Shown piece after piece: positions 8,011 through 15,195 of a stretch of 48,872 bases of DNA. The stretch covers positions 1 through 48,872 of IMG/VR virus record IMGVR_UViG_3300014161_000005; one strand, 5' to 3'. Numbering within the stretch: position 1 is the stretch's first letter; each line of letters opens with the position of its first letter. Source of the DNA: a virus. Lineage: Duplodnaviria > Caudoviricetes. Under the pieces are notes generated by a model. The model did not search any database. It was given only the letters and a program-made list of their open reading frames with translations, and had not been told where the DNA came from. Both the position numbers and the translations under genes were made by a program.

Positions 8011-8985
8011 CTACTTGGATTGGTGGAATTTGAATTGAGGGTCGATTGCATCTACGGCGGCTTCGTAAATCCGCTTCGGCATCTCGCCCCTGTGTCCGTG
8101 GTAGCCGATGGATGCCAGAGCCTGCTCGACCTGCTCGTCATTCAGGCCGGCGCTCCTGCCGATAGCGAAGAACCGCTTCGCCTGTGGTGCCGTGATGCTT
8201 GGCTCCGCGCCGACGACTTCGCCCTGTATAGCCTCCTGCTGAGGCGGAAAGGGGCTTTCCCGGGGCTGCTGCGCTTGGGGAGTACCCTTGCGGCTCCGAG
8301 GCTGGATGTCAGGCTCTCCTGTGGGGTGCGATATTGCACTAGGCGTCGTCTCCCCGGTGGTCGGCGTATTCCCACTCCCAGTATTCGGCTTCGGGTCCAT
8401 CTGGGTCGTGGGCGTCGTAGGGTTTGGCGCTTGCCAGTTGTTTCCCTGCGGCTCCTGAGCAACGCCTTGCTCCCTGAGCGTCTGCACTTCCGTCTCATCC
8501 AGCATCCCGAGTCCGCATATCGAGAGCGTCACCCTCCGCTTGGCCTTCGTCTCGCACTTCATCATGGCGTTGGCAAGGTTCTCGCCGGTCAGGTCATACT
8601 TGAACTTGGTTCCCTTGGCGTCTTTCCCCTCGACGCCTTTAACGGCAACGGCACCCGTAGAGGAATCGACTCGCCCTTCCCTGTCGGCGGCATCGGCTAC
8701 GACTACCACCAAGTCGCCAATCTGCTTAGGGTCCACCTTGGTGATGGACACGCCATGAATCTTGCGAAGCTGCTCCGTGCAGTCCTTCTTCGCGTAGAGT
8801 TGAAGTTTCCCGTTCAGCACGATGTACTGAAAAGGCTGCGTGAGCGGGTTCAGGCCGAGCGAGGTGCAGAGCATGTTGTAGTAGTTCAGCCGCTCGTCGG
8901 GTTTCAGTTGCGCGAGGTCGCCGCCGATCACCACCTGTTCGATGTTGGCGCTCAACGGCCCGCGTGTTGCCAGTTCAGTTGTCAT
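8011..8985 (-). CDS. Single-strand annealing recombinase (Bet/RecT-like)
   Basis: CTSLGLNPLTQPF and NAMMKCETKAKRR with a disordered C-terminal linker; exonuclease nearby; AAGGGA RBS. Confidence 0.75.
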   Translation of the reverse strand: MTTELATRGPLSANIEQVVIGGDLAQLKPDERLNYYNMLCTSLGLNPLTQPFQYIVLNGKLQLYAKKDCTEQLRKIHGVSITKVDPKQIGDLVVVVADAADREGRVDSSTGAVAVKGVEGKDAKGTKFKYDLTGENLANAMMKCETKAKRRVTLSICGLGMLDETEVQTLREQGVAQEPQGNNWQAPNPTTPTTQMDPKPNTGSGNTPTTGETTPSAISHPTGEPDIQPRSRKGTPQAQQPRESPFPPQQEAIQGEVVGAEPSITAPQAKRFFAIGRSAGLNDEQVEQALASIGYHGHRGEMPKRIYEAAVDAIDPQFKFHQSK

Positions 8986-9012
8986 GCTTCCCTTTTCCCC
9001 TTTCTTTTCGAG

Positions 9013-9041
9013 AGAGTACTCCCCCAATTTGCCCATGTCAA
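9013..9041 (-). promoter_or_regulatory. Sigma70-type leftward promoter
   Basis: TTGACA-17 bp-TACTCT, upstream of the recombinase. Confidence 0.8.
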
Positions 9042-9049
9042 GAAAAATG

Positions 9050-9078
9050 TTGACAAATTCTACAACGTGGTTTACGGT
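9050..9078 (+). promoter_or_regulatory. Rightward promoter, probably giving a leaderless HTH mRNA
   Basis: TTGACA-17 bp-TACGGT, with ATG 6 nt downstream and no SD. Confidence 0.5.
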
Positions 9079-9084
9079 GACAAC

Positions 9085-9312
9085 ATGAAGACGTACACGG
9101 ATGCGCAAGTGAGGTCGGCATTGGCGAAGTTGCTAAGGGGATCGACTTACCGCGAAGTTGCCGGGTATTTGGGAATAGATGCCGGCAACTTCTACCGAAT
9201 GGCCAAGGGGACTACAGCGATCAGCATTAGGGTTGCCGGCAAGATCGGCTTTGTTCTCGTGAACGAGCCGCATATCTGGACACGCAAGCCCCGCAAGGAG
9301 CCGCGCCCATGA
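9085..9312 (+). CDS. Cro-like HTH transcription regulator
   Basis: TYREVAGYLGIDAGNFYRMAKG HTH; first gene of the divergent arm. Confidence 0.75.
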   Translation: MKTYTDAQVRSALAKLLRGSTYREVAGYLGIDAGNFYRMAKGTTAISIRVAGKIGFVLVNEPHIWTRKPRKEPRP

Positions 9313-9830
9313 CCGAACTCATCAACTACAGCCTGATCGCCGCCGCTGACTGCGACGCGGTGCTGGCCCAGCGCACGGATGGGGTGACACCGATACCGTT
9401 TCATGATTGGTGGATTTCGCAGGGCAAGTTTATCGATCCAGACACAGAAGATGTGCCTTGGTATGACAAGCGGGAAGCCCTGTGCGAAGCGGCCTATGAT
9501 GCAGGACAAAGCAGCGTTAGATTTGCAGAGGCTTACGTCGCACACCGCACGGAGCCCGCACTCGCGCAGCCCGTCCCGCAAAGCACACTATTAAGAGCGG
9601 CGAAGTGGAATCGGATTACGTGGCCCTGTGATCGCTCAGACTTCTTGGCTTGGCGTCCACAGGAGGATGGCGTGGGCATTGAGGTGTTGATTTACAACTA
9701 CGCAAACAGGCAACTTCCATCAGGAGATGGGCTGTTCTATGTTGCGGATGCGCCCTCACTAAGGGCTATCGGTGGGAATGAGTCCGAAGCGCAGGCCATC
9801 CAAGCGCAAGAGCAACGGAGGAAAGCATGA
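9309..9830 (+). CDS. Hypothetical protein
   Basis: AAGGAG RBS and ATGA overlaps. Confidence 0.65.
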   Translation: MTELINYSLIAAADCDAVLAQRTDGVTPIPFHDWWISQGKFIDPDTEDVPWYDKREALCEAAYDAGQSSVRFAEAYVAHRTEPALAQPVPQSTLLRAAKWNRITWPCDRSDFLAWRPQEDGVGIEVLIYNYANRQLPSGDGLFYVADAPSLRAIGGNESEAQAIQAQEQRRKA

Positions 9831-10459
9831 TTTATTACCACTTCACCGAACCTACTCTGCGCAATGGCGAGCCTATCCCGCCCATTGGCGAGTGGATCAC
9901 TTGCAAAGGGAAGATCGTTCCTCGCAAGAATGGCCTTCACGCATCGCCGGATGCGTTCGACGCCCTACAATATGCCCCAGGTAATCTTCTGCATCGGGTG
10001 GAACTTGATGGCGATATTACTCCGCATGGCTACCCAGTTGACAAGTTTGCTGCTCGTAAGCGAATGATCGTTGCATCCATCGACGCCACCGGCATCCTGC
10101 GATTGTTCGCGCGGCGCGTGGCCCTTGACGTGATCGATCTTTGGGATGCGCCGCCCATCGTCAAGGAGTATCTGGAAAGTGGAGACGAATCAAAGCGGGC
10201 CGACGCCAGTTCCGCCGCCAGTTCCGCCGCCAGTTACGCCGCCTCCTGGGCCGCCAGTTCCGCCGCAGGGCCCGCCTTCAGGGCCGCCAGTTACGCCGCC
10301 TACGGCGCCGGTTCCGCCGCCTGCGCCGCCTCCTGGGCCGCCAGTTCCGCCTCCTGGGCCGCCAGTTCCGCCGCCTACGCCGCGAAACAAAAACTTTATC
10401 GTGGCTGGTTCAACGAGATGGTAGACACAGCTTTTGCACTACAGGAGGTAAAGTCATGA
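9827..10459 (+). CDS. Phage protein with an Ala-rich repeat
   Basis: GLHAS...ALQYAPG N-domain followed by (AAxx)n; coupled overlaps. Confidence 0.8.
   Translation: MIYYHFTEPTLRNGEPIPPIGEWITCKGKIVPRKNGLHASPDAFDALQYAPGNLLHRVELDGDITPHGYPVDKFAARKRMIVASIDATGILRLFARRVALDVIDLWDAPPIVKEYLESGDESKRADASSAASSAASYAASWAASSAAGPAFRAASYAAYGAGSAACAASWAASSASWAASSAAYAAKQKLYRGWFNEMVDTAFALQEVKS
10205..10384 (+). repeat. Coding minisatellite of 9-12 bp GCC-based units
   Basis: Repeated GCCGCCAGTTCC, GCCGCCTCCTGG and GCCGCCAGTTAC units. Confidence 0.9.
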
Positions 10460-10923
10460 ACACTCTACCCGGTGAATTTTCGGTATGGGAGATGATTCAC
10501 GATCCCCGCGAGTACGCGCGGCAGATCCTTCTCGAACAGCGCGACGCGCTTCACATGAGCCTAGACGAGGGCCCGCAGTTGGGCGCAGGCTTCCACGAGG
10601 CGGCAGTAGGGGCCAGAGCGGAGCTTCACCGCAAGCGCACCGAGGCCATGCGGCACGAGACTGAACGCCTGAACGCGCTACCGCCTTCGTTGGACAAGCT
10701 GGTGGGCCAGGCTGAGGCGGAGGATCGCCGGCGCCTGGACGGGTACCGTGAGGAGCGTCGGCGCCGGGAGCGCGAGGCTGAACAGATGTTCGCAATGCCA
10801 GTCAGTTATCGGTTCTTTGTGGGGTTGGCTTGGGCGACTGCGGTTACGCTGATGGGCGTCCTGGCGGTCATGGGCATTGTGTTCCACGCGGAGATATGGG
10901 CCGCGATGAAGGGGGCGCTATGA
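10456..10923 (+). CDS. Hypothetical protein with a C-terminal TM helix
   Basis: GGAGGT RBS; FFVGLAWATAVTLMGVLAVMGIVF. Confidence 0.75.
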   Translation: MNTLPGEFSVWEMIHDPREYARQILLEQRDALHMSLDEGPQLGAGFHEAAVGARAELHRKRTEAMRHETERLNALPPSLDKLVGQAEAEDRRRLDGYREERRRREREAEQMFAMPVSYRFFVGLAWATAVTLMGVLAVMGIVFHAEIWAAMKGAL

Positions 10924-11091
10924 GCTACCGAAGGCATGGAGAAAGACGCTACGTAGTATGGCGCTACCCAGTACTCCGGTGTCAGATTTGAATGCCGAGC
11001 TGCAAATCTGGGTGTTGCTTAAAAGCTACGCACTAGAGTCTATTTGGGCGGCCGAAGGACGACGAGTGTTTCGAAAGAAAGAGGAGAAGCA

Positions 11092-11250
11092 ATGACGAAG
11101 AAGAAGTCGACGATGACCGTGTGGGAGCAGAAGTTCAGCGGCTACGATAAATCTGTTACGAATCCGGTTGTGACTGTTGAAAAAGGAGTTACGTGTATAA
11201 CTCAAAAGATGGACCGCCTTGAGCGCGGGGGCAAGGAGAGCGAACGATGA
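11092..11250 (+). CDS. Small hypothetical protein
   Basis: GAGGAG RBS; ATGA-coupled to the next gene. Confidence 0.5.
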   Translation: MTKKKSTMTVWEQKFSGYDKSVTNPVVTVEKGVTCITQKMDRLERGGKESER

Positions 11251-11555
11251 GTGAATATCAGTGCGTGAAATGTAAAGCGATATCAACGACAACCGCATTC
11301 TGTGGCGTATGTAATCTTGATATGACCGTACTCGCCCACCGCGAGCAGAGGAGGAGTGAGATGGAAGAATGTACGCACACTTCCGACTGGTGGAAGAATA
11401 TGGTTCCCTGCGCTTGCTTTCGTTTCGCCGGTTGTGGAGCGATGTACACCGATGAGGAAGCCGACCAGATCGGACGCCGAATGCACAACAGCTACGCATC
11501 GTTCACCGCCGAGCAGCAGGCCATCATCAACCGCCATCAGGCAGAGGAGGAGTGA
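11247..11555 (+). CDS. Cys-rich hypothetical protein
   Basis: CxxC...CxxC; AAGGAG RBS. Confidence 0.6.
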   Translation: MSEYQCVKCKAISTTTAFCGVCNLDMTVLAHREQRRSEMEECTHTSDWWKNMVPCACFRFAGCGAMYTDEEADQIGRRMHNSYASFTAEQQAIINRHQAEEE

Positions 11556-11558
11556 GAC

Positions 11559-11774
11559 ATGAACACCCGCGAATCGCCCACCTACCGCCCGCGCCCCGCC
11601 GCCAGCGACCTGCCTGACCGCGATTACCCGCATAGCAGCGTGATCCGCGAAACCGAGATCACATGGACATGCCCAGGCTGGATCAGGTGGCTGCTTGTCG
11701 GAATCATAATGTGGTGGCTCTGCGACGTTCTCACTGAGGCCATCTCGACATTCGTGAAAGGAATGATGCAATGA
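11559..11774 (+). CDS. Small membrane protein
   Basis: GGAGGAG RBS; WLLVGIIMWWL hydrophobic segment. Confidence 0.65.
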   Translation: MNTRESPTYRPRPAASDLPDRDYPHSSVIRETEITWTCPGWIRWLLVGIIMWWLCDVLTEAISTFVKGMMQ

Positions 11775-11899
11775 CCGACGAAGAGTATGTGCGGAGTGCG
11801 TGGATTGAATCGCATAAGAGTTTTTGCCTGCGCGTTTATGAGGCAGCGCGAACGGGCCGCCCTTGCAGAACTGAAGAAAGGGATGAGGAACTGACATGA
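11771..11899 (+). CDS. Small hypothetical protein, possibly frameshifted or internally deleted
   Basis: ATGA overlaps at both ends. An alternative frame ends in the more protein-like RERAALAELKKGMRN. Confidence 0.35.
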   Translation: MTDEEYVRSAWIESHKSFCLRVYEAARTGRPCRTEERDEELT

Positions 11900-12000
11900 T
11901 CGACGTTTTGAACACCTTGGTTGAAATGGTTATCGGCGGTGCGTCCGTGGCTGTGGCGGCGTATCTGATTTTCAACGGAGTCAGGGGGAGAATCGAATGA
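11896..12000 (+). CDS. 34-aa membrane peptide
   Basis: GAGGA RBS; MVIGGASVAVAAYLIF; coupled overlap. Confidence 0.5.
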   Translation: MIDVLNTLVEMVIGGASVAVAAYLIFNGVRGRIE

Positions 12001-12161
12001 CACCCGAATTGCAAGCGCTGATCGATACCAGATGCGAACTAGCCAACGCATACAGTCACACAATCGGATATGGTCCGGCGCACGATAAAGTTTGGCGGAT
12101 CATTGAGTACATCGACAAGCAGATCTGGCCGCTGATGAGGGCCGCACTCGGAGACTTTTGA
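11997..12161 (+). CDS. 54-aa hypothetical protein
   Basis: GGGGAG RBS; ATGA overlap. Confidence 0.55.
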   Translation: MTPELQALIDTRCELANAYSHTIGYGPAHDKVWRIIEYIDKQIWPLMRAALGDF

Positions 12162-12178
12162 CGAGCAGGTTTAACCAG

Positions 12179-12267
12179 TTTCCCCGCCGCTCCTTCGAGG
12201 TGGAAGTCCGGCTCCGGCGTCCGTACCCAGGAGAGCACACCGCGTAACCGGAAAAGCGGCGGGGAAA
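12179..12267 (+). ncRNA. Candidate structured RNA element (unassigned)
   Basis: Perfect 13-bp stem 12179-12191/12255-12267 enclosing 63 nt with sub-helices; intergenic. Confidence 0.35.
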
Positions 12268-12336
12268 GCAGCAGGCAGTAGCGCAGAGATGCGCTCATTG
12301 ACATTGCGCGGCGCTGAGGATTGCGAAGGAGGAATC

Positions 12337-12504
12337 GTGAAAGATTACATTGAGCAATCGTTCAATGTGGCGCTCGGCCGCAAAATTCGCTCAAGTGCAT
12401 TCCTTACGGAGACACAACGCCGCCTTAATATACTTTGGTATGTATTTTCACGCAAAGAGCGTGACAGAGCAACTCGGCAATCAAATATCACGGGGAATTT
12501 GTGA
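12337..12504 (+). CDS. Small hypothetical protein
   Basis: AAGGAGGA RBS before GTG 12337. Confidence 0.45.
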   Translation: MKDYIEQSFNVALGRKIRSSAFLTETQRRLNILWYVFSRKERDRATRQSNITGNL

Positions 12505-12521
12505 GGTTTATCAATGACTGA
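12471..12521 (+). pseudogene. C-terminal remnant of an AP2 domain (HNH-AP2 relic)
   Basis: NSAIKYHGEFVRFIND* with no start codon; overlaps the next ATG. Confidence 0.45.
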
Positions 12522-12651
12522 TGTGAAAAGATTTTACTGGCGTCTACGCGCTTTCCTGTGGGGATTCTGTCATCCATTTGCCACCGAAGAAGAGAACCAC
12601 AATCGAGCAGTGAAGGCAGCGCGAGAGGAACTGGAGGCCCGCAATGAGTGA
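12514..12651 (+). CDS. 45-aa hypothetical protein
   Basis: GAGGT RBS; MTDVKRFYWRLRAFLWGFCHPF...; overlaps the next start. Confidence 0.5.
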   Translation: MTDVKRFYWRLRAFLWGFCHPFATEEENHNRAVKAAREELEARNE

Positions 12652-12970
12652 CCTGAAGATACCGGATGATCTGAAGAACACTTATCTTGAATTGATCAAC
12701 AACTGGAAGACGTATTCCACTGGCCCCGGCCCAATGAAAATACTTATTGAGCGCATCGCGGCCCTGACTGCCGAGCGCGACGCTGCGCAAGAGCAGTTGG
12801 TCATGGCACACGAAGAAATGGCAACTGTAAATGCTCTTATTATCGAGCGCGATCAGTTTAAGCAAGTCGTGCACGAGCTTGGAGATAGCCGCGTGGCGCT
12901 GATCCGTGAGCGCGACCAGTTACTTGTCCAGGTTGAGCGGCTTAATGCGCCCAAGGAGCCAAAGCCATGA
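12644..12970 (+). CDS. Coiled-coil hypothetical protein
   Basis: Repeated ERD heptads; GGAGG RBS. Confidence 0.7.
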   Translation: MSDLKIPDDLKNTYLELINNWKTYSTGPGPMKILIERIAALTAERDAAQEQLVMAHEEMATVNALIIERDQFKQVVHELGDSRVALIRERDQLLVQVERLNAPKEPKP

Positions 12971-13296
12971 GTAGCCGCATCCCACAACCAGGCAGCCCCG
13001 GTGAGGAAGCGTTCTGGCTTCATTGCCAAGCGCATTTTCACCCCGTCAATCAACCCCTGCGCGAGTTCGTATTTCATCCCAAGCGTAAGTGGAGATTAGA
13101 CTTTTATTTTCCTGAGCACAAACTGGCCGTGGAGATAGAAGGCGGCAACGGCGGGCGGCATCAGCGGAGAGCGGGATTCGAGGGGGATTGTTGCAAATAT
13201 AATGCGGCGGCTAAGATGGGCATTACCGTGCTGCGTTATACCACGGCGATGGTCATGGCGGGCGATGCAATTAACGACGTGCTGGCGCTGCTGTGA
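12967..13296 (+). CDS. Small PD-(D/E)XK endonuclease (DUF559/Vsr-like)
   Basis: REFVFHPKRKWRLDF...LAVEIEGG...KYNAA..G..VLRYT. Confidence 0.8.
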   Translation: MSSRIPQPGSPGEEAFWLHCQAHFHPVNQPLREFVFHPKRKWRLDFYFPEHKLAVEIEGGNGGRHQRRAGFEGDCCKYNAAAKMGITVLRYTTAMVMAGDAINDVLALL

Positions 13297-13377
13297 GCGC
13301 GGCAGGCGAGGGCTCTGTATAAAATTGCACATTCAGATGCGCATCCCTTGCGCTTAACTATGTGTGAGGTGCACCCC

Positions 13378-13539
13378 ATGTGGATTTACTTGTCGCTGCT
13401 CGTTGCCATTATCGGCTGCCTGATGTACGCACTCGCCGCCAACCCTAAACTAGTCGAACTTGGACGCCTGGCTTTCTTCGCGGGCCTATGGGTGTTTCTC
13501 ATCAAGGCGGGAGAGGGTCTGGTCGGGCTACCTCACTAA
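13378..13539 (+). CDS. 53-aa two-TM membrane protein
   Basis: GAGGTG RBS; two hydrophobic helices. Confidence 0.65.
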   Translation: MWIYLSLLVAIIGCLMYALAANPKLVELGRLAFFAGLWVFLIKAGEGLVGLPH

Positions 13540-13592
13540 CAGCAACGCCGCCAATGACGGCGGCGCGCTGCCTGCTCGGGCATAATGTCCGA
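13540..13592. terminator. Hairpin pair between convergent arms
   Basis: CGCCGCC-AATGAC-GGCGGCG and CTCGGGC-ATAAT-GTCCGAG; weak U-tracts. Confidence 0.35.
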
Positions 13593-13614
13593 GACTCCTT
13601 TCCGCTGCTCTACG

Positions 13615-14073
13615 CTATGAGGTAAATAAAACAACTTCCTTGGCGCGCCGCGCGACGAGTCCGTCGATGCTGACCTCGACGCCATTTTTCTCGCCGAAAT
13701 GCCATGCCGGCATCTGTGCCGGAATTTGCGCCCAGCCATGGTACATCATCGTGGCCAGGTGGCGCGGCCCTTCGTTGTAGCAGAAATCCGATAAGGCGTC
13801 GAACTCGTTCTGCGTTGGGACAATTCCGGCCGGGATCTGCCGATTGACGGCGGGATCGAAGATCAGGTCCAGATCCTGTTGCAAAATAAAGTCTGCCTGT
13901 TCACCGGTAATCCCAGAGCCGATGTAGATGCCGTAGACCGTGTTGGAGGCAAGCTCGGCGGGCGACAAATCATGCCCGTGGCCAATCTGCGGCCCGCGAT
14001 TATCCGGCTTGATGGTCAGGCAAGTGCCTTCACTTCCGACGATGAACTGCCTTCCGCTCTCGCTGGTTTTCAT
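13615..14073 (-). CDS. Endolysin, GH24 phage lysozyme
   Basis: EG-x7-D...IGHGH, QNEFDALSDFCYNEG and GLVARRAKE. Start overlaps the upstream stop (TAATG). Confidence 0.88.
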   Translation of the reverse strand: MKTSESGRQFIVGSEGTCLTIKPDNRGPQIGHGHDLSPAELASNTVYGIYIGSGITGEQADFILQQDLDLIFDPAVNRQIPAGIVPTQNEFDALSDFCYNEGPRHLATMMYHGWAQIPAQMPAWHFGEKNGVEVSIDGLVARRAKEVVLFTS

Positions 14074-14324
14074 TACTGTACACTCGATATCCATGTGGTG
14101 AATCGCGCCATGACCCCGTTTTCCTTGACGGGCAGGTACCACGGAACCGAGATCACCGTCACGGCAAGCGCATCCCCGCCATAGGCCCACGCGAAGTGAA
14201 TACCGTGGCTGTCCACAGCCGATCCCTTGTCTTCAGTGATCTGGATGCCGGTTTCTTTGAAGAACACTGCCTTAATGTCCTGCCAGCGCTCAGGGGTGAC
14301 GTTGCTGAAAGTCTGGGTAATCAT
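14073..14324 (-). CDS. Hypothetical protein
   Basis: 83 aa; GAGG RBS; coupled to the endolysin. Confidence 0.65.
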   Translation of the reverse strand: MITQTFSNVTPERWQDIKAVFFKETGIQITEDKGSAVDSHGIHFAWAYGGDALAVTVISVPWYLPVKENGVMARFTTWISSVQ

Positions 14325-14331
14325 GGGTGCC

Positions 14332-14532
14332 TCACTTACCTTCCGCCTTATCTCTGGATGTAAACCATTGGGCAGAACAGAAGATCGCTAGGGCCAGCGC
14401 TATCGGCCCAGCCACCAGAATTGCTAGAGGCTGTTCACTTGTCAGGTAGCGGTCCTGTTTGAAATAGATCAGCGGTATTGCTATCGCTGTAGATCCCAGC
14501 CAGATTAAGAGTGCGAGGAGGTCTTTATCCAT
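14332..14532 (-). CDS. Small two-TM membrane protein with its own promoter (moron-like)
   Basis: GAGGTG RBS, two TMs and lower GC. Confidence 0.7.
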   Translation of the reverse strand: MDKDLLALLIWLGSTAIAIPLIYFKQDRYLTSEQPLAILVAGPIALALAIFCSAQWFTSRDKAEGK

Positions 14533-14547
14533 CGTTCACCTCAAAAA

Positions 14548-14582
14548 AGAGAGTACTCCCCCAATTTGCCCATGTCAAGAAA
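14548..14582 (-). promoter_or_regulatory. Exact 35-bp copy of the promoter at 9011-9045
   Basis: AGAGAGTACTCCCCCAATTTGCCCATGTCAAGAAA is identical at both sites. Confidence 0.85.
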
Positions 14583-14619
14583 TAGGCGGCGCAGCATCCA
14601 GTCCCGGAACCGCGCCGCC
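14577..14619 (-). terminator. Putative intrinsic terminator after the lipoprotein gene
   Basis: GGCGGCGC/GCGCCGCC stem with a 19-nt loop, followed by TATTTCTT on the minus strand. Confidence 0.45.
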
Positions 14620-14640
14620 GGGGTGTTACCGGAGGAGAGA

Positions 14641-15186
14641 CTACTTCAGCACGGCCGCCGCAAGTGCTGGGCTGGTGATTGCCACATTGTTCCACGCGCT
14701 CTTGAATTCGGCAGCGTCCGGCGTTTTCCGATACCAGTGAGTCTGGAACTGGTATCTGCCGATGTGCGGATTCCCAGCCGCCGTCGCCTTCCGACCGGCA
14801 TTGTTGCTCGACTGCGGCAATGCAGCCAGAACCGCCTCGATGCCCGCCACCAGAATGTCGATGAGCGGCGAGTACGGAGCCGTCAGCGGAATGACCGCCG
14901 TGACCGCTACAATCACGTCCAGCGCGTCGATGACAAGCTGGACAGTGCTACCCGTCTGCCACTGCTGCTCGGCTGCCAGAAGGGCAGCTATGGCCTGCTG
15001 GAGGGGCGCTATCCAAGGCGCTCCCGGCTCCGCTACCGCCAGAACCGCAGCCGCCTCCTTGAGCACCACGTTGATCTCGTTGATGACCTGGGAGCCCGTG
15101 CAGCCTTCCACAAGAAGTGCTGCCGGTGCCGCCGTCCCAATCGCCATCAAGCCGATGGCGTTCTTTCCAAACTGTCTCCGATTCAT
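14641..15186 (-). CDS. Putative Tat-exported lipoprotein
   Basis: MNRRQFGK twin-arginine motif, an h-region and an LVEGC lipobox-like site. Confidence 0.7.
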   Translation of the reverse strand: MNRRQFGKNAIGLMAIGTAAPAALLVEGCTGSQVINEINVVLKEAAAVLAVAEPGAPWIAPLQQAIAALLAAEQQWQTGSTVQLVIDALDVIVAVTAVIPLTAPYSPLIDILVAGIEAVLAALPQSSNNAGRKATAAGNPHIGRYQFQTHWYRKTPDAAEFKSAWNNVAITSPALAAAVLK

Positions 15187-15195
15187 GGTTTCTCC

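Noticed and set aside
7936-9084. 458-aa plus-strand ORF
   Set aside because: Antisense shadow of the recombinase; only the last 75 codons (HTH, from 9085) look real.
10205-10384. CRISPR array or DGR variable region
   Set aside because: Units are 9-12 bp with no spacers. No reverse transcriptase or template-repeat copy was seen in the window.
10141-10455. Arg-rich and Pro-rich ORFs over the repeat
   Set aside because: Alternate frames of the GCC repeat; the downstream gene has its own RBS at 10456.
12179-12267. tRNA or known self-cleaving ribozyme
   Set aside because: No T-loop/D-loop consensus and no hammerhead CUGAnGA core seen.
12298-12326. Promoter from TTGACA at 12298
   Set aside because: No acceptable -10 at 16-18 bp spacing.
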